A stretch of 33,631 nucleotides of DNA from Nitrospirota bacterium (GTDB lineage: Bacteria; JACPQY01). Shown piece by piece: positions 8,216-16,525 of the stretch. Location of the stretch: contig JACPAV010000037.1 of the NCBI GenBank assembly GCA_016180645.1, positions 1 to 33,631 of the forward strand, given 5' to 3'. The notes under the pieces are model-generated. The model was not told where the DNA came from, did no database searches, and saw nothing but the letters and a program-made list of their open reading frames with translations. Positions within the stretch are counted from its first letter, which is position 1; each line of letters starts with the position of its first letter. A program made the translations under genes and the position numbers.

Positions 8216-8647
8216 ATGAGAAGCGGGGTGCAAATCGTATCCGTTCTCGGGGCGTTGATCCTGCTCGCGGGGTCCGCTTGGGCGGGGAAAACAGACCACA
8301 AGCCCGACCGGGAAGCCTGGATTGAGGAGCTGGGACTGAGCAAAGACCAGCAGGCAAGAATCGAGGGCATCCGGAAGGAGCATCGCGAGCTGGTGAAGAA
8401 GATCAAATCTGAACGCGAATCGCTGATGAAAGACCTCACGAAGTTGGTGAAAGAAAAAGCCGCGGATGCCGATCTTCAGGGGAAAGTGGATGCCCTGCAC
8501 CATCTCAAGAAGCAGGTGGGCGAGGCAATGGACAGGCACATGGAGAACCTCCGGGGCGTCCTGACGCCGATCCAGCAGGCCAAGTTCGTCCTCTGGATGG
8601 ACAAGCACCGCGGCTCCAACGGGAAGCCCGGCACAGGCGAAGACTGA
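8216..8647 (+). CDS. Spy/CpxP-family periplasmic chaperone-like protein
   Basis: AGGAGG SD, signal peptide ending AWA, LGLSKDQ and VLTPIQQ (LTxxQ) motifs, helical. Confidence 0.82.
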   Translation: MRSGVQIVSVLGALILLAGSAWAGKTDHKPDREAWIEELGLSKDQQARIEGIRKEHRELVKKIKSERESLMKDLTKLVKEKAADADLQGKVDALHHLKKQVGEAMDRHMENLRGVLTPIQQAKFVLWMDKHRGSNGKPGTGED

Positions 8648-8665
8648 AGCGTTGCTGGCGCCGAC

Positions 8666-9370
8666 TTAGGCGCCCAGGTAGGCTTCCTGGACGCGGGGAT
8701 TGTCGAGGAGGTCCTTGCTCGGGCCATGGAGGGTGATTGATCCCGTCTCGATGACGTAGGTGTAGTCCGAATCTTGAAGGGCCAGTTTCGCATTCTGCTC
8801 AACCAGGAGCAGGGTAACTCCTTCCTGATGGATTTTCAGAAGCGCGTCGAAGACCAGCGTGACCATCTTGGGCGCAAGCCCGAGTGAAGGCTCGTCAATC
8901 ATCAGGAGTTTTGGAGAGGCCATGAGGGCGCGGCCCAGGGCCAGCATTTGTTGCTCCCCGCCGGAGAGGGTTCCGCCCAATTGACGGGCCCGCTCTTTGA
9001 GCCGCGGGAAGAGCTGAAATACATGCTCCAAGCCGCCATTTTGCTGTGTGGCCAACGGCCTTGCGAAAGTAGCCATCTTGAGGTTTTCCTCGACCGACAA
9101 GTTGGGGAAGATTCTCCGACCCTCGGGAATCAGGACGAGACCGGAGCGGGCGATCGCGTACGCGGGCCGTCCCAGAATCGGCACGTCCTCGAATCTGATT
9201 TCCCCCCGCTTGGAGGGCACGAGACCGGCAATGGCCCTGAGGAGCGTCGATTTCCCTGCACCGTTCGCACCGATCAACGTGACGATCTTCCCCTTGGGCA
9301 CTTCGAGTGTGGCGCCATGGAGCGCCTGGATCCCGCCGTAGAACACCTCGAGATGGTGGACGCTAAGCAT
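8666..9370 (-). CDS. livF: Branched-chain amino acid ABC transporter ATPase
   Basis: GANGAGKST, LSGGEQQMLA, DEPSLGLAP, LLVEQNA, EAYLG. Start trimmed to ATG 9370. Confidence 0.95.
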   Translation of the reverse strand: MLSVHHLEVFYGGIQALHGATLEVPKGKIVTLIGANGAGKSTLLRAIAGLVPSKRGEIRFEDVPILGRPAYAIARSGLVLIPEGRRIFPNLSVEENLKMATFARPLATQQNGGLEHVFQLFPRLKERARQLGGTLSGGEQQMLALGRALMASPKLLMIDEPSLGLAPKMVTLVFDALLKIHQEGVTLLLVEQNAKLALQDSDYTYVIETGSITLHGPSKDLLDNPRVQEAYLGA

Positions 9371-10136
9371 GAGCTTCCTGCCCTGTGTACGCTTCGATGA
9401 CGGACGGATCGCGGCGCACCTCGTCGGGATTCCCTTCCGCAATCTTCACGCCGTGGTCCATCACGGTAATCCGCTCACACAGACCCATCACCAGTTTGAC
9501 GTCGTGCTCGATGATTAGAATAGTCAGTCCAAATTGAGTCCGAACGGAGCCGATAAAGGATTTCAACTCGTCCTTTTCCCGCGTATTCATCCCGGCCGCG
9601 GGCTCATCCAGAAGGAAGACCTTCGGCTTCAGGGCGAGTGCCCTGAGAATTTCGAGACGCCGTTGGTGCCCGTAGGGCAGGGACTGTGCGCGCAATGAAG
9701 CGTGCGGCCCGAGATGGACCGCATCGAGCAGCTTCCTCGCCGAGGCTTCCAATTGCCGCTCCTCGCGGCCCTTCCGCGGGAGTCTGAAAACGGCTCCGAG
9801 GAGGTCCTGTCTTACCTGCGTGTGAAACCCGATAAGGAGATTTTCCAGAACCGTGAGATCCGGAAAGAGCCGAATATTCTGGAACGTGCGGCCAACGCCG
9901 AGCGCCGCGATCCGGTGGGGCTGCCAGCCGGTCACTTTGCGGCCGGAGATCTCAACGCCTCCCGCGACGGGTCGGACGAAACCGGAGATGGCATTGAACA
10001 CGGTGGTCTTACCGGCGCCGTTGGGGCCGATAAGGCCATGGATGGAGCCGGTTGGCACCTCCAGGTCGAGGGAGGACACGGCCTCGAGTCCTCCGAAACG
10101 GATGGTGAGCCCGGACAGATGGATCGAACGCATCAA
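9363..10136 (-). CDS. livG: Branched-chain amino acid ABC transporter ATPase
   Basis: GPNGAGKTT, RTFQNIRLF, LPYGHQRRLEI, DEPAAGMN, IEHD. Confidence 0.95.
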   Translation of the reverse strand: MMRSIHLSGLTIRFGGLEAVSSLDLEVPTGSIHGLIGPNGAGKTTVFNAISGFVRPVAGGVEISGRKVTGWQPHRIAALGVGRTFQNIRLFPDLTVLENLLIGFHTQVRQDLLGAVFRLPRKGREERQLEASARKLLDAVHLGPHASLRAQSLPYGHQRRLEILRALALKPKVFLLDEPAAGMNTREKDELKSFIGSVRTQFGLTILIIEHDVKLVMGLCERITVMDHGVKIAEGNPDEVRRDPSVIEAYTGQEAHA

Positions 10137-11158
10137 ACCGCCTTGGTCTTGCGCGCGAACATCCGCCAGGAGAATTCGACCGGCCCGAAGAGCCCGCGGC
10201 GGAAGAACAGCATGATGAGGATCAGCAGGAGCGAAAAAATAACCATGCGGAGGCCGGGTATGCCGGGGAGTTCGTGTCCGGCGAGGAGGTGGGGTTCTTC
10301 CACGAAACGAAGGAACTCGGAGCCGAACGCGAAAAGAAACGAAGCGACCGTGGCCCCCGTCATGCTGCCCAGTCCGCCGATCACGATGATGATGAGCAGA
10401 TTGAACGTGAAGAAAAATGTAAACAGTTTCGGGTCCACGGTCGTGAGCAAATGGGCCAGCAGCCCCCCCCCAATGGCTTGGAAAAACGCACTGATGACAA
10501 AAGCGAGCATCTTGAACCGGAAGACGTTCACTCCAACGGCCCGGGCCGCCGATTCATCTTCACGGATCGCGCGCCACGCCCGGCCCGTCGATGAACGGAT
10601 CAGACCCGTGAGGATGAAGAGCGTCACGGCGAGCCAGACAAACGTAGTGGTCAGTGTGGTCTTGGCCGGCAGCCCTTTCAGCCCCAAAGGTCCGTTGGTG
10701 ATGCTGATCCAATTTGTTGCGAAGATGCGGATGATCTCACCGAACCCGAGGGTGACGATGGCCAGATAGTCGCCTCGCACGCGGAAGACGGGAAAGCTGA
10801 GCAGGAAGGCGACGCCCGCTGAGAGCAGACCGGCGAGGAGGAGAGCCGGGAGAAAGGGGATCGAGAGATGGGCGAGAGGGCTGACGATGGGTTCGATGGC
10901 GTAGGACATCGCCTTCTCTTCCGGCGAAAGGGTGAGGATGGCCGTCGCGTAGGCTCCGATGGCGGCGAAAGCATTCGGTTGGAGGGAAAATTGCCCCGTG
11001 ACACCGTTCACCAAGTTGTAGCTGGTGGCCATGATGGCGTAGATGGCCGAGACGGTGAGGATCTGGATAAGGTAGGAGGAGTCCGTCGATTCAATCCAAC
11101 GAACGGCCACGAACAGGGCGGCCACCGCCGCGAGGGTCAGCCATCGAGTGCTTTTCAT
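10133..11158 (-). CDS. livM: Branched-chain amino acid ABC transporter permease
   Basis: RGDYLAIVTLGFGEI, GRAWRAIREDE, IGGLGS; hydrophobic. Confidence 0.93.
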   Translation of the reverse strand: MKSTRWLTLAAVAALFVAVRWIESTDSSYLIQILTVSAIYAIMATSYNLVNGVTGQFSLQPNAFAAIGAYATAILTLSPEEKAMSYAIEPIVSPLAHLSIPFLPALLLAGLLSAGVAFLLSFPVFRVRGDYLAIVTLGFGEIIRIFATNWISITNGPLGLKGLPAKTTLTTTFVWLAVTLFILTGLIRSSTGRAWRAIREDESAARAVGVNVFRFKMLAFVISAFFQAIGGGLLAHLLTTVDPKLFTFFFTFNLLIIIVIGGLGSMTGATVASFLFAFGSEFLRFVEEPHLLAGHELPGIPGLRMVIFSLLLILIMLFFRRGLFGPVEFSWRMFARKTKAV

Positions 11159-12030
11159 TCAGGCAGATCTTCTCCCATGATTCCTCTCGGTCTGATCAGC
11201 AGAATTCCGATCAGAATGAAGAAGGCGAGGGCATCGCGATAGCCTGAGAGTTCGGGGAGGAAGGCGACGAACAGCACTTCCAGTCCCCCCAGGACGAGGC
11301 CCCCGAGCGCGGCGCCCGGAACGCTGCCGATCCCTCCAAGAACGGCGGCCACAAACGCCTTGATCCCCGGCATGACGCCCATCAGGGGGGTGATCGAAGT
11401 GAACTTGATCGACCACATGATGCCTCCGACGGCGGCGAGCGCCGACCCGAGCGCAAAGGTCAGCGTGATCACGCGGTTCACGTTCACGCCCATGAGCTGG
11501 GCCGTTTCGCGGTCGCGCGAGATCGCCCTCATGGCCATGCCGGTTCGGGTGCGGTAGATGATCCAAAACGTCACCGCGAGGACCACCGCCGTTCCGGCCG
11601 GGATCCACACGCTGAGGAGCGGGAGGGATATGCCCCCGATGTGCAAGACTCGATCAAACAGCCCGATGGCTGGGAAGGCGAGGGGGCGTCCTCCAAAGAC
11701 GACGATCCCGATGTTTTCCAGGAACAGCGAGGCCCCGATGGCCGTGATCAGGAGTGAGAGCCGCGGGGCGGTCCGAAGGGGCCGGTAGGCCGCTCGCTCG
11801 ATGGCAACGCCCAGGAGCGCGGTGCCGCAAACGGCCACCCCGAAAGCGGCGGGCCAAGGGAGCCGGGTCAGGGCGAAGGTGGCGATGTACGCGCCCACCA
11901 TCATGACATCGCCGTGCGCGAAGTTGATCAATCGGAGCACGCCATAGACCAGTGTGTACCCAATGGCGATGAGGGCGTAGAGGCTTCCGAGGGAAAGCAG
12001 GTTGACGAGCTGTTGGAGAAGAAGTTCCAC
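11155..12030 (-). CDS. livH: Branched-chain amino acid ABC transporter permease
   Basis: LGSLYALIAIGYTLVYG..INFAHG, GMAMRA, KAFVAAVLGGIGS. Confidence 0.95.
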   Translation of the reverse strand: MELLLQQLVNLLSLGSLYALIAIGYTLVYGVLRLINFAHGDVMMVGAYIATFALTRLPWPAAFGVAVCGTALLGVAIERAAYRPLRTAPRLSLLITAIGASLFLENIGIVVFGGRPLAFPAIGLFDRVLHIGGISLPLLSVWIPAGTAVVLAVTFWIIYRTRTGMAMRAISRDRETAQLMGVNVNRVITLTFALGSALAAVGGIMWSIKFTSITPLMGVMPGIKAFVAAVLGGIGSVPGAALGGLVLGGLEVLFVAFLPELSGYRDALAFFILIGILLIRPRGIMGEDLPE

Positions 12031-12037
12031 TATCAGT

Positions 12038-12116
12038 CGTGAAGCCGAAAATCGTGATCCCGTGAACCGGTTGGATCGATCGGGATCACGGTCTTACGGG
12101 ATCACGGGTTCACGAT
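12038..12116. repeat. Inverted arrays of octamer (CCCGTGAW / WTCACGGG) forming an intergenic stem-loop
   Basis: Left aatcgtga tcccgtga acc; right cgggatca cggtctta cgggatca cgggttca cgatt. Confidence 0.7.
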
Positions 12117-13226
12117 TCAGGGATTGACCGTTGTGACGTAGACGAACTCGCCCTTTTCGACTTTCTTCACCACCGCGGATTTCACCGCGTTATGCTTCTC
12201 ATCCATCGAGATGATGCCGGAGACGGCTTCGAAGCCCTTCATTTTCTCCAATTCGTCGCGGATCTTTTCCGGTTCGAAGCTCTTGGCCTTCTCGATGGCT
12301 TCCGCCAGCATGAAATAGGCGTCCGCCCCGAGCGCCCCGAGGGCGTCCGGCGCCTTGTTGAATTTCGCGCGGTAGGCTTCGACGTATTTCCTGCCAATGG
12401 CCGTAGTCGCGGATTTCTCGTCGAAATGGGTGGAGAAGTAGAACCCTTCCACCGCCTCACCCCCCAGCTTGAGCAGCTCCGGCGCTTCCGCGCCATCGCC
12501 GCCGAGAATCGTCGACTTCAGCCCGAGACCACGGGCCTGCTTCGAAACCAGTGCCGCCTCCTGGTAGTAACCGGTAATCACCAGAACGTCCGGAGGCGTA
12601 CCCTTCAGCACGGTCAGTTGCGGAGAGAAATCCTGATCGTTGGTCTGATAGCGCAGCTCTTTGATCACCTTGCCGCCGCCTTTTTCAAAGGTGGTCTTGA
12701 AATAGTTGGACAGCCCCACGGAGTAGTCCTGCGCGATGTCCGTCAGCAATGCCGCGGTCTTGGCCTTGAGATTCTGTAGGGCGAAATTGGCGATGACCTG
12801 ACCCTGGAAGGGATCGATGAAACACGCCCGAAAGACATATCTCTTGCCCTGTGTCACGAGCGGGTTGGTGGACGAGGGGGAAATTTGTGGAATCTTTTTC
12901 GACTCCGCCACGGAACTGATGGCCATGGACCGGGAGGAAGCCACCTCGCCAAGGATGGCGATGACTTTGTCGCGCTGAACAACGCGCTGGGCGGCATTGG
13001 CGGCCTCGATCTTGTCGCTCTTGTTGTCCACGAGCACGAGCTCCAAATCCGCGCCGAGCACTTTCGGCTTCATCTCCTTGGCGATCTGAATGCCCGTCCA
13101 CGTCATGTCCCCGAAGGCCGCCGTGTCGCCCGTCATGGAGAGAACGACACCGACCTTGGCTTTCTCCGGAAGGGCGGGATCGGCCGTAACGAGGAACGAA
13201 GAGAGAGCGAGGAGTAGGTTGATCAT
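12117..13226 (-). CDS. livK: Branched-chain amino acid ABC transporter substrate-binding protein
   Basis: Signal peptide, SMTGDTAAFG, FRACFIDPFQG, DYSVGL; type I periplasmic binding fold. Confidence 0.92.
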   Translation of the reverse strand: MINLLLALSSFLVTADPALPEKAKVGVVLSMTGDTAAFGDMTWTGIQIAKEMKPKVLGADLELVLVDNKSDKIEAANAAQRVVQRDKVIAILGEVASSRSMAISSVAESKKIPQISPSSTNPLVTQGKRYVFRACFIDPFQGQVIANFALQNLKAKTAALLTDIAQDYSVGLSNYFKTTFEKGGGKVIKELRYQTNDQDFSPQLTVLKGTPPDVLVITGYYQEAALVSKQARGLGLKSTILGGDGAEAPELLKLGGEAVEGFYFSTHFDEKSATTAIGRKYVEAYRAKFNKAPDALGALGADAYFMLAEAIEKAKSFEPEKIRDELEKMKGFEAVSGIISMDEKHNAVKSAVVKKVEKGEFVYVTTVNP

Positions 13227-13232
13227 GTTCAG

Positions 13233-13261
13233 GGATTACCAATTCACCGGATTGGCGTCAA
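13233..13261 (-). promoter_or_regulatory. sigma70-type promoter of the liv operon (leaderless geometry)
   Basis: TTGACG, 17 bp ending in TGG, TAATCC, 6 nt, ATG; no SD. Confidence 0.5.
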
Positions 13262-13302
13262 GCCGCGGGCATGGTAGATATGAGCCGGCATGGACTCATT
13301 TC

Positions 13303-13330
13303 GAGATTGCTTCGCTTTGCTCGCAATGAC
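13303..13330. repeat. Half of an RPE/REP-like palindromic element
   Basis: GAGATTGCTTCGCTTTGCTCGCAATGAC with ATTGC/GCAAT stem. Resembles the widespread GAGATTGCTTCG...CTCGCAATGAC intergenic repeat, recognised from memory. Confidence 0.6.
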
Positions 13331-13424
13331 GTTGGGCTGTCCTGGCGAGGCTGTTTCGCCGGATGGCGGACGCCGTGGCCATCTCACCCTGGTTCTTCAG
13401 GCCACTTAGGGCTGGAGATCGGCG

Positions 13425-15386
13425 ATGATCGACTACGAGAAGGAACTCAACCCACAGCAATGGGAGGCCGTCCGCCATGTGGAAGGGCCTCTCCTGATTC
13501 TGGCGGGGGCGGGGAGTGGAAAAACCCGAGTGCTGATCTATCGGATCGCCCATCTCGTCGAAAAGCACGGCGCACTTCCCTCGCAAATCCTGGCGTTGAC
13601 CTTCACCAACAAGGCGGCCGACGAAATGCGTTCGCGGATCGAGAGTATTCTGACGCGCGAAGGCATCCGGCCGGATGGGCTGACGATGGGCACGTTTCAT
13701 TCGGTCTGCCTGCGCCTCCTCCGCCGCTACGGCAGTCTGATTGGAACACCTCCTAACTTCGTGGTGTACGACGAGGACGACCAGGAGAAACTGTTGACCC
13801 ACGCCCTGGAGGTGCTCGATCTCAGCACGGAGACAAATCCCGTGAGATACATCCACGGTAGGATTCAAAGACTGAAGGATCGGGGGGCCGGTCCCGAGAA
13901 GGTGAATACGGACGACTTCTTCGGTGAGCGGCTCCGGAAAATCTACGAGGCTTACGAGAAATTGTTGAAAGAATCCGCCGCGCTCGATTTCGGCGATCTA
14001 TTGGTCTACGCCGTTCGGCTCCTGGACGAGCGTCCGGAAGTCCTGGAGGCGTGTCGGCGGCGATGGTCGTTCCTGGAGGTCGATGAGTACCAGGATACCA
14101 ATGCCGTCCAGTTCGACCTGCTCCGAAGGCTCGCCGGGCCGACGGGGAATCTGTGTGTCGTGGGGGATGACGATCAGTCGATTTACCGATGGAGGGGGGC
14201 GGAGCTGAAGAACATTCTCGACTTCGAGCGCCACTTCAAGGAATGCCGGGTCATCAAATTGGAGCAGAACTACCGGTCCACCCAGTCCATTCTCACGGCG
14301 GCTTCGAACGTGGTCCGGCGGAACGTGGGGCGCAAAGGGAAGGAACTGTGGACGGAGAATCGGAAAGGCGATCCGCTCACGCTCCTCGTGGCGGAGAATG
14401 AGTCCGACGAGGCCGAGCAGGTGTGCGCGGAAATCCAATCGCTGACCAAGCGGGGACGATTCCGTCCCAGCGACATGGCCGTGTTCTACCGCACGAATGC
14501 CCAATCCCGTGTGTTCGAGGAGCAACTGGCCGAGTGGGGGATCGATTACCAGGTGATCGGCAGCCTGCGGTTCTACGAGAGGAAAGAAATCAAAGATGTG
14601 CTGGCTTTTCTGCGCCTCCTCTCCAATCCCGTGGATCGGATGAGTTTTATTCGAATTGTGGGAGCGGTTTCCTGGGGAATCGGAGACGCCACCGTCGGGA
14701 AGCTGGATGTCTTGCGCGGCCAGAAAGGGATCGACTTTGTCGGCGCGGTGGAAACGGCTTCGCAAGACCCGGCCTTCAAGGGACGCTCGCGAACGGGACT
14801 CGAACGGCTCCGCGCCTTTCTGGAGCGACTTAAGAAGGAGCGCGAGCGGCTCCCCACGGACGCCTATCCCGATCTGGCTACATTTGTAGTGAAGGAGTCA
14901 GGCTATCTCGATGCACTCGCGGTTCAGCATCCGGAGGATTTCGACAACCGGCGCGACAACCTCCGGCAACTGGTCACCGGCATGAAGGACTATGCATCGC
15001 GGAACCCCGAGAGCACGTTGGACGACTATCTGTCCTACGTCACCCTTCTCACGCGGGCGGACGACTTTTCCGAAGGGCCCGAGCGCGTGGCTCTCATGAC
15101 GTTGCACTGCGCCAAGGGACTCGAATTTCCCGTGGTGTTTTTGGTGGGCATGGAGGAGGAGCTTTTCCCCTTGCGGAGGCGGGACTCGGACGATTTCGAT
15201 CTGGAAGAGGAGCGTCGCCTCTTCTACGTGGGGATGACTCGGGCCAAAGACCGGCTGTACCTCTCGTTCGCCAAGGTCCGCCAACTTTTCGGAAGTGTTC
15301 GGTACAAGCGTCCTTCGAGATTCCTCGGCGAGCTTCCTTCGAACCTCATCGAGGTCCGCGGCGCCAATCCCACTATCGAGGTTTGA
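13425..15386 (+). CDS. pcrA: UvrD/PcrA family SF1A DNA helicase
   Basis: AGAGSGKT, TFTNKAA, VDEYQDTN, VGDDDQSIYRWRGA, LEQNYRST, LMTLHCAKGLEF, EERRLFYVGMTRA. Confidence 0.96.
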   Translation: MIDYEKELNPQQWEAVRHVEGPLLILAGAGSGKTRVLIYRIAHLVEKHGALPSQILALTFTNKAADEMRSRIESILTREGIRPDGLTMGTFHSVCLRLLRRYGSLIGTPPNFVVYDEDDQEKLLTHALEVLDLSTETNPVRYIHGRIQRLKDRGAGPEKVNTDDFFGERLRKIYEAYEKLLKESAALDFGDLLVYAVRLLDERPEVLEACRRRWSFLEVDEYQDTNAVQFDLLRRLAGPTGNLCVVGDDDQSIYRWRGAELKNILDFERHFKECRVIKLEQNYRSTQSILTAASNVVRRNVGRKGKELWTENRKGDPLTLLVAENESDEAEQVCAEIQSLTKRGRFRPSDMAVFYRTNAQSRVFEEQLAEWGIDYQVIGSLRFYERKEIKDVLAFLRLLSNPVDRMSFIRIVGAVSWGIGDATVGKLDVLRGQKGIDFVGAVETASQDPAFKGRSRTGLERLRAFLERLKKERERLPTDAYPDLATFVVKESGYLDALAVQHPEDFDNRRDNLRQLVTGMKDYASRNPESTLDDYLSYVTLLTRADDFSEGPERVALMTLHCAKGLEFPVVFLVGMEEELFPLRRRDSDDFDLEEERRLFYVGMTRAKDRLYLSFAKVRQLFGSVRYKRPSRFLGELPSNLIEVRGANPTIEV

Positions 15387-15431
15387 CCTCCATGGGAATA
15401 TGTATTGATAGTATTAGTATATAGAGACAAG

Positions 15432-15447
15432 TGTGATTTACGTCACA
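15432..15447. promoter_or_regulatory. CRP-family binding site
   Basis: TGTGA-tttacg-TCACA, perfect consensus. Confidence 0.72.
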
Positions 15448-15464
15448 AGAACTTAAAGTCAAGC

Positions 15465-15491
15465 TAAAGTTCTTTCTCCGATTGCCGATAG
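15465..15491 (+). promoter_or_regulatory. sigma28 (FliA) promoter of flagellin
   Basis: TAAA-N15-GCCGATAG against consensus TAAA-N15-GCCGATAA, directly upstream of a flagellin gene. Confidence 0.88.
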
Positions 15492-15558
15492 TGGTTCATA
15501 TGACGCTTGAACCTATATTCAATAAGGGGCATAATTTCGTTTCGATAGGGAGGCAGCC

Positions 15559-16419
15559 ATGGCAATGCGAATAAACGACGATTCACCGGCGATCGGGGCA
15601 CGGAACAACATCAATCGGAACTTCGGAGCGGCCAATCTCAACATAGGCCGGCTGTCCTCCGGCAACAGAATCCAGCGGGCAGGTGACGATCCCGCGAATC
15701 TCGTCATCTCGCAGCGATTGAAGGCGGACATCGTTTCGCAGGACACCGCGATCCAAAACATCAACCAGGCCGCCCCCCAGCTTCAAACGGCGGACAGTGC
15801 TTTGTCCTCACAGCAGGATATCCTGGTCCGTCAGCGCGAGTTGGCCATGCAGGCCGCCAACGGCACGACCGACGATGCCGCTCGGTCCGCGCTGAATAAT
15901 GAATTCCAGCAACTTGGCCAGGAGTTCGATCGGGTCGCCAATACGACGGAAGTGGGCGGCAACACTCTGGCGAACGGGGGAACGGTCAGCGTCCAAGCCG
16001 GCACCACTGCCGGAGCTGAAAGCCAAGTGAATGCTACTATTCCTCAATCGACGACGGCAACGCGCGGCGCCGACCCGGCGGCGGCTCCCCCGATCACCGC
16101 ACTCAGCACACAAGATCTTTCAAGTCAGGCCAATGCTCAGGAAGCTCTACGATCCATCGACACTGCGATGAACCAGATTTCGATCGACCGGGGCAATCTC
16201 GGAGCATCGATCAACAGGTTGGAAGTCGGCCAGCGCAATCTGGAGAACCAGAACGTCAACACGAGGGCGGCCAACAGCCAGATTGCCGACACGGACTTTG
16301 CGAACGAGGTGGCCGCGCTCACCCGAAACAAGATCGTGGGCCGCGCGGGCATCGCCGCCGCGGCGCAGTTCAACAACCTCCGCGGCAGCGCCCTCCGCCT
16401 CATGGGCGGCGGCGGGTAG
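15559..16419 (+). CDS. fliC: Flagellin (short, divergent)
   Basis: RLSSGNRIQRAGDDPA, QTADSAL, RELAMQAANGT, RGNLGASINRL, SQIADTDFANE; GGAGG SD. Confidence 0.92.
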   Translation: MAMRINDDSPAIGARNNINRNFGAANLNIGRLSSGNRIQRAGDDPANLVISQRLKADIVSQDTAIQNINQAAPQLQTADSALSSQQDILVRQRELAMQAANGTTDDAARSALNNEFQQLGQEFDRVANTTEVGGNTLANGGTVSVQAGTTAGAESQVNATIPQSTTATRGADPAAAPPITALSTQDLSSQANAQEALRSIDTAMNQISIDRGNLGASINRLEVGQRNLENQNVNTRAANSQIADTDFANEVAALTRNKIVGRAGIAAAAQFNNLRGSALRLMGGGG

Positions 16420-16476
16420 ACCCCATAAACCTTCCTATCGCCGTCCTTGGAGCGTAGCGGAAAGGGCGGCGGGTAG
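16408..16476. mobile_element. 57-bp hairpin mini-element (copy 2) at the flagellin stop, flanked by 12-bp direct repeats
   Basis: GGCGGCGGGTAG at 16408-16419 and 16465-16476 (57 bp apart). Stem CGCCGTCCTT...AAGGGCGGCG. Confidence 0.7.
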
Positions 16477-16525
16477 GCCTTCCGGACTATTCATTTGATT
16501 TCCGCGCCTACCGCTCCATGATGGG

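Noticed and set aside
15559-16500. Phage-type flagellin-remodelling locus (fliC with TldR/CsrA)
   Set aside because: No TnpB/TldR, csrA or prophage genes nearby; the flanks are housekeeping genes.
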